DNA of 64,000 nucleotides from Patescibacteria group bacterium (GCA_018896215.1 JAHINB010000013.1:17946-81945); one strand, 5' to 3'. Positions 19,653 through 30,190 are shown, numbered from the stretch's first letter. Numbers and translations are program-made. Notes: generated by a model not told the origin, from the letters alone.

Positions 19653-20855
19653 CTATTTGATTAAACCACCCCAAAGATATTCTGTAAATCTCACTGACTT
19701 TTCCTTACCAATAATTCTACTTTTAGAAATCTCTAGGTTTCGAACTCTCCGCTTGAGAGTTTCGTTGTCTGCTTCGGTTGGTGTTTCTTTAACTTCAAAA
19801 GCTAAAGGTTTGTCTTTAAAGTCTAATATAAAATCCACCTCACCATCGCGATTGGAAAAGTAAGATAAATTTCCATAAAAAGATAATTGATGACATACGG
19901 TGTTTTCAAACTTACTTCCACTAGACAGATCCGCGTTTACATTAGCTATTCCCGTATCGACAAAATATGATTTCTGTAATAGTCTATTTTGTATGTCTGG
20001 GGAACGAGAGAAAGCAGAAACTGTGCGTATTAGATAGGTTTGCTTTAAAAATTCAATGTAATTATCGACGGTAATTCTACTTAAACCGGTAATGTTCGCT
20101 AGTTCACTCACATTTAATCTACTTCCAATTCGTGATGCCAATAATTTGATTACTTTTCTTAAATCATTAGTCGATTTAAAGTCAGATAAAGACTGCACAT
20201 CGAGATTAATATACGAGCTAAAAATTTCTTCCAGTAATTGTTTTTTTCGTTCTACATCTGCTGTTAAAACCACTTTTGGCAAACCTCCGTATTCAATATA
20301 CTGTTCGTAGTAATTTTGAAGCATTTTAAAAGTATCAGTTGGAAAATCCACATCAATTGAAAGTTTTTCGGGAAGTAGATATTCTACTCCCTGAAAATCC
20401 AGAAATTCCTGAAAACTTAAAGGAAACATTTCGTATATTATTTTTCGACCAGCCATAGATTCAGAGAACCTGTTTTTGATATAGAATGAGCTAGATCCTG
20501 TAAGAAAAAATTTAATTTGGTAATGATCATACAAATACTTAACTACACTGGGAAGATTTGGTAACAATTGAATTTCATCTAAAGCAATGTAAAGTTGCTC
20601 TTTGGTGGATAGTCCTCTAGTTTGAAACTCGTGGATCAAAGAATCATAGTTTGTCGCCTCGAATAATTCCCGATCAACAAGGTTTTCCAAATCAAAATAA
20701 TGTTTGTTTTTAGATGGAATATTGTCAAGTAGCCAATGGAGAGTTGTAGTTTTTCCTACCTGACGAGGACCTGTAATAACTACAATCTCTTGGGTAGCTA
20801 TCTCGGGCAACAATTTCTTCCAAATCTGTCTATTTTGCATACTATTACTATACAA
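19653..20855 (-). CDS. AAA_14 ATPase with DUF4143
   Basis: GPRQVGKTT, LDEIQ, LTGSS, YGGLP, YFVDTG, EVDF...FEVK. Confidence 0.92.
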   Translation of the reverse strand: MYSNSMQNRQIWKKLLPEIATQEIVVITGPRQVGKTTTLHWLLDNIPSKNKHYFDLENLVDRELFEATNYDSLIHEFQTRGLSTKEQLYIALDEIQLLPNLPSVVKYLYDHYQIKFFLTGSSSFYIKNRFSESMAGRKIIYEMFPLSFQEFLDFQGVEYLLPEKLSIDVDFPTDTFKMLQNYYEQYIEYGGLPKVVLTADVERKKQLLEEIFSSYINLDVQSLSDFKSTNDLRKVIKLLASRIGSRLNVSELANITGLSRITVDNYIEFLKQTYLIRTVSAFSRSPDIQNRLLQKSYFVDTGIANVNADLSSGSKFENTVCHQLSFYGNLSYFSNRDGEVDFILDFKDKPLAFEVKETPTEADNETLKRRVRNLEISKSRIIGKEKSVRFTEYLWGGLIK

Positions 20856-20998
20856 TAACCGCCTTTAATTGTAAAGTGGTTAGTCAAATTCGTAGAATAA
20901 GCCTGGGGCATAAAGTTTTGGAAAACATTAGACTCTCTTAGATAAGTAGCTAAGTCTCAGTGGTTCTCTAAAACTACACTCTCTCAATAAAAAATTAT

Positions 20999-21199
20999 CT
21001 AAGATTTAGAAGAATAGGCTAACATCAATACCCCATAGACAAAACAAATAGATCCAACGAAATAAAACATAGATTCTTTGCTTAAATAGCCAACCAGCAA
21101 AGAAATCACACCAAGACTAGCTATAAAATATGCGATTAATTTATAATTTCTTTTCATTAATATTTTTTGTTTTGGCGTAAGACCTTTTTGATCCTTCAT
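20999..21199 (-). CDS. Small two-TM hypothetical protein
   Basis: Two hydrophobic segments; TGCTAGTAT 7 nt before ATG. Confidence 0.65.
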   Translation of the reverse strand: MKDQKGLTPKQKILMKRNYKLIAYFIASLGVISLLVGYLSKESMFYFVGSICFVYGVLMLAYSSKS

Positions 21200-21240
21200 A
21201 TCTTTTATACTAGCATATACAAATTACACGCACAATAACA

Positions 21241-21315
21241 TGGTGACCTCACGGGGGATCGAACCCCGATTGACGACTTGAGAAGCCGCCGTCCTAACCA
21301 TTAGACGATGAGGCC
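21241..21315 (-). tRNA. tRNA-Glu(CTC)
   Basis: GGCCTCA acceptor stem, anticodon loop TTCTCAA, GGTTCGATCC T-arm, encoded CCA. Confidence 0.96.
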
Positions 21316-21320
21316 ATAAT

Positions 21321-21480
21321 TAAATTTCTAATTTCTAATTTCTAATTTATCTCGCTTCGCGAGACATACTTCGCATGTTAAACAAGCACCAAGTATCAAT
21401 TCCCAATTTGGTTCGCCGATTGGCGAATTGGTTATTGGGATTTATCTAGGTTAATTAGATAATTAGATCAATTAGAAATT
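21321..21480. repeat. Heptamer-repeat element with inverted arms
   Basis: (TTTCTAA)x3 left arm, ATTAGAT/ATTAGAA right arm, internal hairpin TTCGCCGATTGGCGAA. Confidence 0.65.
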
Positions 21481-21515
21481 CCAATCTTTGCCCATTCTAC
21501 AACATATTAAACAAC

Positions 21516-21544
21516 TTGACGAGGGGGTTAGGGTATGCTAAATT
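21516..21544 (+). promoter_or_regulatory. Sigma70 promoter for greA
   Basis: TTGACG-17nt-TAAATT with extended TG. Confidence 0.65.
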
Positions 21545-21644
21545 AATTGAGCATTTTCATTGCATTATTGGTTATCCCAGATTCTATTTAAACACTGTGT
21601 ATCATCCAAAAACTGATGGTTGTGGTGTTTGTAGTAGTTACAAC

Positions 21645-22103
21645 ATGGACAAGGTTATCTTAACCCAAGAAGGGTTGGAAAGGCTTAAAAAAGAATACGA
21701 AGGCTTGGTAAATACAAAGCGTCAAGAAATTGTAGATCGCATTGCTAAAGCCCGCGCTGAAGGAGATCTCTCCGAAAACGGCGCCTATCATGCCGCCAAG
21801 GAAGAGCAGGCTTTTATCGAGGGAAGAATTGAGGAATTAGACGAAATCTTAAAAAATGCTCTAGTTGAGGTATCTTCTAAAAACGACGGGTTAATTCGTG
21901 TTGGGTGCTTAGTAAAAGTTAAAATAGAAGGTTCCGAGGAAGAATTTAACATTGTAGGAGCTCCCGAAGCCAATCCTTCGGAACGCAAAATTTCTCACGA
22001 ATCGCCTTTGGGAAGCGCCTTAATAGGAAAAAAGGTTGGGGATGTCGTAGAAGTAGAGGCGCCGGTGGGCAAAATAACCTACGAGATTCTCTCGGTAAGC
22101 TAA
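21645..22103 (+). CDS. greA: Transcription elongation factor GreA
   Basis: GDLSENGAYHAAKEEQ, ISHESPLGSAL; start moved to MDKVILT. Confidence 0.96.
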   Translation: MDKVILTQEGLERLKKEYEGLVNTKRQEIVDRIAKARAEGDLSENGAYHAAKEEQAFIEGRIEELDEILKNALVEVSSKNDGLIRVGCLVKVKIEGSEEEFNIVGAPEANPSERKISHESPLGSALIGKKVGDVVEVEAPVGKITYEILSVS

Positions 22104-22121
22104 CTGTGCTATTATTCCATC

Positions 22122-23576
22122 ATGGAAGAATCTCTTAAAAGCATAAAAGCGAGCAGAGTAGAAAGACTTAATCAGCTCATAAAAATTGGTATTAACCCAT
22201 ATCCTTCAAAACTCGAATTTAAAAGAATCCCTATAGTAGAGGCTAGAGATAAAGGCGAAAATTCCACTGTTTCCGTTGCTGGAAGAATTACTTCACAAAG
22301 AAATTTTGGGGCGCTGGCGTTCTTTGATGTTACTGACGCTACAGGAAAAATCCAAATTATCCTTAAAAAAGACACTCTTGACACCAAAAAACTCCCTCTT
22401 TTGGAGCTTTTAGATACTGGGGATTTTATAGAATGTACTGGCTCTATTTTTACCACCAAATCTGGGGAGTTGACCATCCAGGTTAGCAACTTAAACCTGC
22501 TTTCTAAAGCTCTAAGACCACTGCCTTCTGCTCATTTTGGGCTGAAAGACGAAGAAGAAAGATACCGCCAAAGGTATGTGGATTTTGCGATAAATCCAGA
22601 ACTTAAAGAGCTGTTTGTTAAAAAAAGTATCTTTTGGAACACAATGAGAGCGTTCTTGTCTTCTCGTGGATTTTTAGAGGTTGAAACTCCAGTTTTGGAA
22701 AACACCGCTGGGGGCGCCGATGCCGAACCTTTTGTGACTCACCATAATGCCTTGGATGTGGACTTATATTTACGAATCTCTATGGGAGAACTTTGGCAAA
22801 AACGGCTTATGGTAGGTGGTTTTGAGAAAACCTTTGAAATCGGAAGACAATTTAGAAACGAAGGCATCAGCCGAGAACACCTGCAAGACTACACCCAAAT
22901 GGAGTTTTACTGGGCGTACGCCAACTACAAAGATGGCATGAAATTGGTCGAAGAGATGTACAAGGAGGTAGCAAAAAAAACCTTTGGGACGCTTAAATTT
23001 AAAATTAATGAGATGGAGATAGATTTGGAAAAACCGTGGAAAGAGATTAACTACACTACAATTATCCAAGAAAAATTTGGAGTTAACGCCCAAACTGCCA
23101 GTCGCGAAGATGTTCTTGCTAAGGTCAATTCCCTCAAACTCCTCAATCTCCCCAAGGCTCGTCTTTTGGACTTACTCTGGAAACAGGCCCGCAAAGAAAT
23201 TGTCGGTCCTGCTTTTTTAGTCGGACATCCGGTGGAGGTTTCTCCTTTAGCTAAACGCGATGATGCAAACCCAAAAACAGTTGAAAGATATCAAGTAATC
23301 ATCGCAGGAAGCGAAATGGGTAACGGCTACAGCGAGCTTAACGATCCGCAAGATCAAGAACAACGGTTTAAAGAGCAACAAAAAGCCCGCGATGCCGGAG
23401 ATGCCGAAGCCCAAATGTACGATGGCGACTTTGTCAGGGCGCTGGAGTATGGCATGCCACCCGTAACAGGTCTTGGAGTTTCGGAAAGGCTGTTTGCCTT
23501 TTTAGCCAACAAAACCGTAAGAGAGTGCGTTATGTTCCCTCTCCAAAGACCGGAGAAAGGTCTAAAGGAAAGTTAA
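22122..23576 (+). CDS. lysS: Lysyl-tRNA synthetase (class II)
   Basis: RYRQRYVD, FRNEG, SPLAK, ALEYGMPP. Confidence 0.97.
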   Translation: MEESLKSIKASRVERLNQLIKIGINPYPSKLEFKRIPIVEARDKGENSTVSVAGRITSQRNFGALAFFDVTDATGKIQIILKKDTLDTKKLPLLELLDTGDFIECTGSIFTTKSGELTIQVSNLNLLSKALRPLPSAHFGLKDEEERYRQRYVDFAINPELKELFVKKSIFWNTMRAFLSSRGFLEVETPVLENTAGGADAEPFVTHHNALDVDLYLRISMGELWQKRLMVGGFEKTFEIGRQFRNEGISREHLQDYTQMEFYWAYANYKDGMKLVEEMYKEVAKKTFGTLKFKINEMEIDLEKPWKEINYTTIIQEKFGVNAQTASREDVLAKVNSLKLLNLPKARLLDLLWKQARKEIVGPAFLVGHPVEVSPLAKRDDANPKTVERYQVIIAGSEMGNGYSELNDPQDQEQRFKEQQKARDAGDAEAQMYDGDFVRALEYGMPPVTGLGVSERLFAFLANKTVRECVMFPLQRPEKGLKES

Positions 23577-23592
23577 AGTTAGATCTAAATCT

Positions 23593-24837
23593 ATGCTAGA
23601 CATAAATTTTATTAAACAAAATAAAGAGGCTGTTACCAAAAACTGCTTGAGGCGTGGATCTAAAGTTGATATTGACAAAATTTTAGAGCTCTCTAATGCC
23701 AAAAACACAAAGATAACTCAAAACGAAGCTCTAAAACACCAAATAAACTCTCTTTCCAAATCCAAACCAGAACCAAAGCAAATGGTTAAATTAAAGGAGT
23801 TAAAAGAACAAACAAAGACACTCCAAGAAGAAATAAACAAACTTGAGAAGGAACTTTTCTCTCTTTTAAGCTGGGTTCCCAATATGCTTTCCCCCGATGT
23901 TCCCGACGGCCAAAGTGATGCGGATAATGTAGAAATAAAAAAGTGGGGCGAGATTAAGGAATTCAATTTTACGCCCAAAGGTCACCAAGAATTGGGAGAA
24001 AATTTGGACATTTTAGACAAAGAAAGAGGCGCCAAGGTTGTCGAGTCAAAATATTACTTTTGGAAAGGTGACGGAGCACGGCTTGTTTGGGCGCTTTTTA
24101 GCTGGGCACAAAATTTTTTGCAGGAGAGGGGTTTTACTTTCTTTTTAACCCCAGATTTAGCGCAAGAAAAAACCCTTTTTGGAACTGGGTACTTGCCTTT
24201 TTTCTCGGAGGATATATACAAAATCGAGAGGTCCAACCTTTCTCTAATAGGAACCTCGGAACAAGTTTTAGTCGCCTATCACGCTGATGAGATATTAGAA
24301 GAAAAAAATCTTCCTCTTTTGTATTCTGGTTTCTCACCTTGTTTTAGAACCGAAGCCGGAAGCTACGGCAAAGATACCAAAGGGGTTTTTCGCGTTCATC
24401 AGTTTAACAAATTAGAGCAAATTGTTTTTTGCCAGCCTGAAGAATCGCAAAAAATGCACGAATTATGCCAAAAAAACGAAGAGGACATGGCAGAGGCTCT
24501 TAGAATTCCCCATCACAGAGTACTGGTTTGTGTTGGAGACTGCGGAGCTCCGGGATATAAAAAATACGACTTGGAGGCTTGGTTTCCCAGCCAAAACAAA
24601 TACAAAGAAATCACCTCCAACACCAATTTGACTGATTTTCAAACCCGAAGACTTGGAATTAGATACAAAACCAAAGACGGCAATAAAGTATTTCCTCACA
24701 CCATCTCCGCGACAGCAGTCACCGATCGCTGGGTTTTGACGATTTTGGAAAATTACCAACAAGCGGATGGGTCAGTTGTTGTACCAGAAGTATTAAGACC
24801 CTACATGGGCGGGTTGGAAATAATTAAAAAGAGATAA
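23593..24837 (+). CDS. serS: Seryl-tRNA synthetase
   Basis: MLDI start, GTSE, CFRTEAGSYGKDTKG, RVHQF, YDLEAWFP. Confidence 0.97.
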   Translation: MLDINFIKQNKEAVTKNCLRRGSKVDIDKILELSNAKNTKITQNEALKHQINSLSKSKPEPKQMVKLKELKEQTKTLQEEINKLEKELFSLLSWVPNMLSPDVPDGQSDADNVEIKKWGEIKEFNFTPKGHQELGENLDILDKERGAKVVESKYYFWKGDGARLVWALFSWAQNFLQERGFTFFLTPDLAQEKTLFGTGYLPFFSEDIYKIERSNLSLIGTSEQVLVAYHADEILEEKNLPLLYSGFSPCFRTEAGSYGKDTKGVFRVHQFNKLEQIVFCQPEESQKMHELCQKNEEDMAEALRIPHHRVLVCVGDCGAPGYKKYDLEAWFPSQNKYKEITSNTNLTDFQTRRLGIRYKTKDGNKVFPHTISATAVTDRWVLTILENYQQADGSVVVPEVLRPYMGGLEIIKKR

Positions 24838-25523
24838 TGGCTATTTTTTCCCCATGGAAAACAATTTATACCACTGTTTCCCCTGTTTCTGGAGACATTA
24901 GAGTTGAGCAAAAAGACAATTACACCAGACTTGTTGTGACAGGCTATGTTCAATCCGTAAGCCTAAACTACCCTAATATCGAAAGCACTGTCTGGGGGAA
25001 TATTGTAACTTGTGCCAGAACAATTGTACCCAACGCCAAAACAGCTTTGATCTTGGGTATTGCCGGTGGCACAGTTCCTGCTTTACTTAAGCAAACCAAC
25101 CCCGCTCTTGAGATTACCGGTGTTGATTACGACGAGATTGTTACTAGCACCGGTTCCAAGTTCCTGCATTTTCCTAATCCCTCTCATCCCCCTAATTCCC
25201 CTTATCCCCCAAAGGTAGTGGTTATGGACGCCTACGAGTTTGTGCTTAAAACAACCAACTCGTACGATTTAGTGGTAGTGGATTTATACACTGGTGGTTC
25301 TTACGACCTCCGCTTTGCCAGTGACCAATTTTTAGGAGCGCTACCAAAACTTGTAGAGCTAAATGGTGCTGTTATAATAAACAGAATCTTTACAGGAAAC
25401 ATTGCTAACCAAACCAGCGAATTTTCTAACAACCTTAAAAAGTATTTTAAACAAGTTACCTGCAAAAGAGTCCGGACTAAATTTTACGAGACTAGTTTCA
25501 ATTTTCTCTTTATATGTCAATAG
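24837..25523 (+). CDS. SAM-dependent methyltransferase, spermidine-synthase-like
   Basis: LILGIAGGT, GVDYD, DAYEFV...YDLVVVD. Confidence 0.82.
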   Translation: MAIFSPWKTIYTTVSPVSGDIRVEQKDNYTRLVVTGYVQSVSLNYPNIESTVWGNIVTCARTIVPNAKTALILGIAGGTVPALLKQTNPALEITGVDYDEIVTSTGSKFLHFPNPSHPPNSPYPPKVVVMDAYEFVLKTTNSYDLVVVDLYTGGSYDLRFASDQFLGALPKLVELNGAVIINRIFTGNIANQTSEFSNNLKKYFKQVTCKRVRTKFYETSFNFLFICQ

Positions 25524-26299
25524 TAACAGCCATTATACTTGGGATAATTCAAGGAACAACCGAATTTTTACCGGTTTCTTCCTCGGGTCATTTAATCGTT
25601 ATCCCAAAACTCTTAAATATAGATTCTGGAGGATTTTCTTTTGATGCTTTTTTACATTTGGCAACTGGGTTAGCTATAGTTAGCTATTTTTTTCCCGACT
25701 ACAAAAAACTCTTGACAAAAGCATTAGCAAAAGACAAATCAGCGCAAAAACAAGTAACCTATCTGATTATTGGATGTATTCCTGCTGGAATTATTGGGCT
25801 TATTTTTGGAGATTTCATAGAAAACAAAATGCGCGGAGAATTTGTAGTCGCTGGAGCGTTATTTATTGTGGCTCTTGCAATTATTCTAGTCGAAAAATAT
25901 CTAAAAAATCAAAAACGAGAGGTGGTAACAAAAAAGGATGGGGTAATTGTTGGACTATCTCAAGTATTAGCACTTATTCCAGGAGTTTCCCGATCGGGAA
26001 TTACCATAATTTCTGGCATGGCGGGTGGATTAACGCGCGAAGCATCCGCTAAATTTTCTTTTATGCTGGCAACACCAATAGTTCTACTGGTCGGAGCATA
26101 CTCTTTTTATCAAGCGCTACCTTACCTTGATTACAATCAATTATTAAGTTACGCCGTCGGATTTATCACTGCATTTTTTGCCGGAATTTTTTCGATTGAA
26201 TTTTTGCTTTCTTATGTAAAAACCAAGTCTCTGATGCCATTTGCTATTTATAGAATTGCTCTAGCCTCTATAGTAATTGTTACAGCAATATTTTTATGA
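25514..26299 (+). CDS. uppP: Undecaprenyl-diphosphate phosphatase
   Basis: QGTTEFLPVSSSGHL, PGVSRSG. Confidence 0.96.
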   Translation: MSIVTAIILGIIQGTTEFLPVSSSGHLIVIPKLLNIDSGGFSFDAFLHLATGLAIVSYFFPDYKKLLTKALAKDKSAQKQVTYLIIGCIPAGIIGLIFGDFIENKMRGEFVVAGALFIVALAIILVEKYLKNQKREVVTKKDGVIVGLSQVLALIPGVSRSGITIISGMAGGLTREASAKFSFMLATPIVLLVGAYSFYQALPYLDYNQLLSYAVGFITAFFAGIFSIEFLLSYVKTKSLMPFAIYRIALASIVIVTAIFL

Positions 26300-28860
26300 G
26301 CATCTTAAAATCGCTTTTTGATCTAAACAAAAAGAAAATTCAAAAACTTTACCCTTTGGTTCGTGAAATAAACCAGCAATGGGAAAATGTTAAAGATTGG
26401 AAAAATGAAGATTTTGCAAACCAGACAAGCAAGTTCCAAGACGACTTATTCAAGATTAAGGATTTAGCCCAAAAAGAAAAGTATCTCGAAAGCATTCTGC
26501 CTTTAGCTTTTGCTATGGTCAAGGAAGCAACTAAAAGAACCCAGGATAAAATTTTGCATGACGAGCAGTTGCTGGCGGGAATTGTCTTAAATAGCAAAGC
26601 TATAGCCGAACAAAAAACTGGTGAGGGAAAAACCAACACAGCAGTTCTAGCTTTGTATTTAAACTCACTTACAAAATTAGGCTGTCATTTGGTTACCCCA
26701 AACGACTATCTTTCCCGTCACGGCGCCGGATGGATGGGACCAATTTACAACCTGCTGGGCGTTTCGGTTTCGGTAATTATTCACGAAGCGTCTTATATCT
26801 ATGACCCAAGCTTTGAGAACGAAAAATTCTTAGACGAATACGCCAAAAACTTAAAACCTGTATCGCGAAAAGAGGCCTACGCCTGCAACATAACTTATGG
26901 AACCAACAACGAATTTGGTTTTGACTATTTGCGGGACAATATGGCAAATACATTATTAGGAATTGTACAAACTAATCCCCAAGGTGACGAAGGGTACCAC
27001 AATTTTGCCGTGGTGGATGAGGTTGACTCTTTGTTGATTGATGAAGCCAGAACTCCTCTTATTATCTCCGCCCCCGCCGAGGATTTAGCCTCCCGTTATA
27101 AGGAATTCTCTCAAATTGCCAACAAACTTGTCATTAAAACCGACTGCGAAATAGATGAAAAATTTAAAACTGCCACGCTTACCGATCTGGGAATTAGAAA
27201 AGTAGAAAGGTTTTTGGGTGTAGATAACTTGTACGAAAAGGATTTTGAAAGTATCCATCTAATCGAAAACGCCATTAGAGCAAACCATCTATATTTAAAA
27301 GACCGGGATTATGTAGTTCGCGAAGGCGAAATAATCATTGTAGATGAATTTACAGGAAGACTTATGCCGGGACGCCGATGGAGCGAGGGCTTGCACCAAG
27401 CAATTGAGGCAAAAGAAAGCGTTTCAATTCAAAAGGAGTCTAGAACGCTAGCTACTATTTCGTTTCAAAACTATTTTAGAATGTACCACAAGTTGGCTGG
27501 AATGACAGGAACCGCCGAAACCGAAGCCGAGGAATTTTACAAAATTTACGGGTTGGATGTTGTTGTTGTCCCCACTAATCTCCCAATTAAACGAGAGGAT
27601 TATCCCGACTTTGTTTATAAAACTAAAACCGCCAAATACCACGCTGTGGTGGCAGAAATTGAGGAGGCGACAAACCGTGGCCAACCAGTTTTGGTAGGTA
27701 CCACTTCCATCGAAAATAACGAGCTTTTATCTCGTTTGCTTTCTCATAAAGGGATAAAACACGAGGTGTTAAATGCCAAACAACACGAAAAAGAGGCCCA
27801 GATTATCTCTCAGGCGGGAAGAATTGGGGCGGTAACTCTTGCCACCAACATGGCAGGTCGTGGGGTGGACATTAAGCTTGGCGGAGATCCAACAACGACA
27901 GAGGAAAAACAGCAAGTCGAGACTCTTGGTGGACTCTTTGTAATTGGAACCGAACGACATGAAGCAAGACGGATTGACAACCAGCTCCGTGGGCGGGCGG
28001 GCAGGCAAGGAGAGTCGGGAGCTTCGCGATTTTTTGTTTCCTTGCAGGATGATTTAATGAGAATTTTTGGCGGGGCGCAAATTGAAGGTCTGATGACCCG
28101 TTTTAAAATGGACGAAAACACTCCGCTGGAATCGGGGATTGTTTCCAAAGCCATCGAAAACTCACAAAAAAAGGTCGAGGGTTTTAATTTTGACGCCCGA
28201 AAACGAGTTGTAGAATACGATGATGTGATGAATGTGCAAAGGAGTGCCATATACAAAATTCGCAAAAAGGTTCTCCTCCTAGAAAAATCCCTAACATCTC
28301 CAACAACCACTCTAGAGGAATTTGCTAACTGGTACACCAATAAAATTACCCCTTACTATGCAGAATTTACAACCATTTGGAGTAAGTACCAAAAACAATT
28401 CGGTCCGATGTGGCTAGAGGTGGTAAAACAAGAAACCTTGCGGGTAATTGATTTTTTGTGGATGGAACACTTGGATGGCATGGATGACCTGCGAGAAGGA
28501 ATTGGACTGCGCGGTTATGCTCAAATTGACCCTATTGTGGCATACAAAAAAGAGGGTCGGGAGATGTTCGAAAAGCTTTTGGCTAATATTTGGGGTACCC
28601 TGGGCGAGCGCTTTTCCAAAATTAATATCACATCAGAAGTCTCCCCCTCACCACAATCTACCCAATCCCCCCTATCTTCTCAAAGTTTAGTTTATCAACA
28701 CGCCTCTCCAGAACTCGGCGTTGCCGACGAAGCGCGCGAAATAGCCCAAGCTCAATCCCAAAAACCCAAAGACGAGGAAGGTCAAAAAATTGGGCGCAAT
28801 GACTTATGCCCCTGTGGAAGTGGCAAAAAATACAAACGCTGTCACGGCAAGCAGAAATAG
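26296..28860 (+). CDS. secA: Preprotein translocase ATPase SecA
   Basis: KTGEGKT, DEVD, TNMAGRG, QLRGRAGRQG, SEC-C motif CPCGSGKKYKRCHG. Confidence 0.98.
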   Translation: MSILKSLFDLNKKKIQKLYPLVREINQQWENVKDWKNEDFANQTSKFQDDLFKIKDLAQKEKYLESILPLAFAMVKEATKRTQDKILHDEQLLAGIVLNSKAIAEQKTGEGKTNTAVLALYLNSLTKLGCHLVTPNDYLSRHGAGWMGPIYNLLGVSVSVIIHEASYIYDPSFENEKFLDEYAKNLKPVSRKEAYACNITYGTNNEFGFDYLRDNMANTLLGIVQTNPQGDEGYHNFAVVDEVDSLLIDEARTPLIISAPAEDLASRYKEFSQIANKLVIKTDCEIDEKFKTATLTDLGIRKVERFLGVDNLYEKDFESIHLIENAIRANHLYLKDRDYVVREGEIIIVDEFTGRLMPGRRWSEGLHQAIEAKESVSIQKESRTLATISFQNYFRMYHKLAGMTGTAETEAEEFYKIYGLDVVVVPTNLPIKREDYPDFVYKTKTAKYHAVVAEIEEATNRGQPVLVGTTSIENNELLSRLLSHKGIKHEVLNAKQHEKEAQIISQAGRIGAVTLATNMAGRGVDIKLGGDPTTTEEKQQVETLGGLFVIGTERHEARRIDNQLRGRAGRQGESGASRFFVSLQDDLMRIFGGAQIEGLMTRFKMDENTPLESGIVSKAIENSQKKVEGFNFDARKRVVEYDDVMNVQRSAIYKIRKKVLLLEKSLTSPTTTLEEFANWYTNKITPYYAEFTTIWSKYQKQFGPMWLEVVKQETLRVIDFLWMEHLDGMDDLREGIGLRGYAQIDPIVAYKKEGREMFEKLLANIWGTLGERFSKINITSEVSPSPQSTQSPLSSQSLVYQHASPELGVADEAREIAQAQSQKPKDEEGQKIGRNDLCPCGSGKKYKRCHGKQK

Positions 28861-28889
28861 GGATTATCCCAAATTTGGGATAATCCCTA
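28858..28889. terminator. Perfect 32-bp palindrome between convergent genes (GGG-N5-CCC doublet, probable terminator)
   Basis: TAGGGATTATCCCAAATTTGGGATAATCCCTA. Confidence 0.7.
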
Positions 28890-28898
28890 ATCTTGTCT

Positions 28899-29567
28899 CT
28901 ATTCCGCAGGTGCCTCGCCGTAAATGATTACTTTTGTCCCAGGGTTTTCTGGGGTTGCTCTTGTTCCCCATTCTCCTTCTTTTAGTTCTGGGTTTGCCCA
29001 ATAAAACAATTGCTCTACTTCTTCTGTCTTCATATTAATACACCCATGACTCATAGGATGACCAAAGTTGCTATGCCAATAGGTTCCGTGAATTCCGTAT
29101 CCTCTCTCTTTTGGCACCTCATTATTGTAAAAATACATCGTGTAGGGAACATTCGGTAGATAGTAATAGGTATGCAAGGCCTTGGAGCCACCTGCCATAA
29201 GAGTATATCTAAGCTTAATCCAAATAGTAAATTCCCCAGTTGGGGTCCTTCCCCACTTTCCTGACGAAATTAAAAAATCGTAAACCTTCTCTTCTCCTTC
29301 GTAGGCATAAATCCTTTGATTCGTAAGATCTATTTCTAGTCTTTTATCGGAACTTGTCGCGCCAAGTACAGTTGTGGTGGGTTGGGATGTTGCTAGACGA
29401 GGCGTTGAGACTTTAACCCCATGAAAAACCCCCATTATTTGAGAGGTATCGTACATCCCAGTTAATTTTGTCAAGGAAAGAGGATTTTGCAAGTTTCTAG
29501 TAAGTTTAAAAAACGCCAAGAGGAGAGTAGCAACAATTAATAGAGAAAGTAAAAGTTTAAACCGCAT
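28899..29567 (-). CDS. L,D-transpeptidase (YkuD family)
   Basis: EIDLTNQ, TPTG, IHGTYW...SHGCINM. Confidence 0.93.
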   Translation of the reverse strand: MRFKLLLSLLIVATLLLAFFKLTRNLQNPLSLTKLTGMYDTSQIMGVFHGVKVSTPRLATSQPTTTVLGATSSDKRLEIDLTNQRIYAYEGEEKVYDFLISSGKWGRTPTGEFTIWIKLRYTLMAGGSKALHTYYYLPNVPYTMYFYNNEVPKERGYGIHGTYWHSNFGHPMSHGCINMKTEEVEQLFYWANPELKEGEWGTRATPENPGTKVIIYGEAPAE

Positions 29568-29623
29568 AATGTTTCTATCATGGGTTAAACGAGCAATAAT
29601 TTCAAGAGCTTTTTTGGGGCTTG

Positions 29624-30187
29624 TTATCTCTTGGAGTATTGCGGAGCCTTTCGAGCCTTGCGTAAAAAAACCTTTTTGCTTTCGACTTCTCTGGAATCTC
29701 GGGTTAGTAAACCTGCAACTCGCAATTTTGCCCTAAATTCTTCGTTGTAGACCAGTAATGCCCGAGAAATTCCCAATACTACAGCGTCAATAAATCCAGT
29801 TTTTCCGCCACCTCTAACCTTTATTGACCCCGAAAATTTGGCTGCGGGGTGAGAAACTCCCACAATATGAAAAGGTTTTTGCCACAACAGCTTGTCGGCG
29901 TCTTTAGTAAAAAAATCGCCAATAGGTTTGTCATTAACCGTAATATCGCCTTTTTCATCATACAACCAAACCCTAGCAACGGATCTTTTTCTGCGACCCA
30001 ACCCCATAAATATTTTAGTTTTGCTTTTAGGTTGTTTTACTTCTTCTGTTTTTACAATATCTACCTTATCTACCTTATCGGATTTTGAAGATTTTAGAGG
30101 TTTTTTTGTTTTTTCCACAATCCCTTTATTTACCTTACTGATCTTCTTTTTCTTATTTATCTTATTTACCTTATTTGTTTTTTCCAT
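29624..30187 (-). CDS. rpsI: 30S protein uS9 with Lys-rich N-terminal extension
   Basis: GRRKRSVARV, LLTRDSRE, ARKAPQYSKR. Confidence 0.96.
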   Translation of the reverse strand: MEKTNKVNKINKKKKISKVNKGIVEKTKKPLKSSKSDKVDKVDIVKTEEVKQPKSKTKIFMGLGRRKRSVARVWLYDEKGDITVNDKPIGDFFTKDADKLLWQKPFHIVGVSHPAAKFSGSIKVRGGGKTGFIDAVVLGISRALLVYNEEFRAKLRVAGLLTRDSREVESKKVFLRKARKAPQYSKR

Positions 30188-30190
30188 AGA

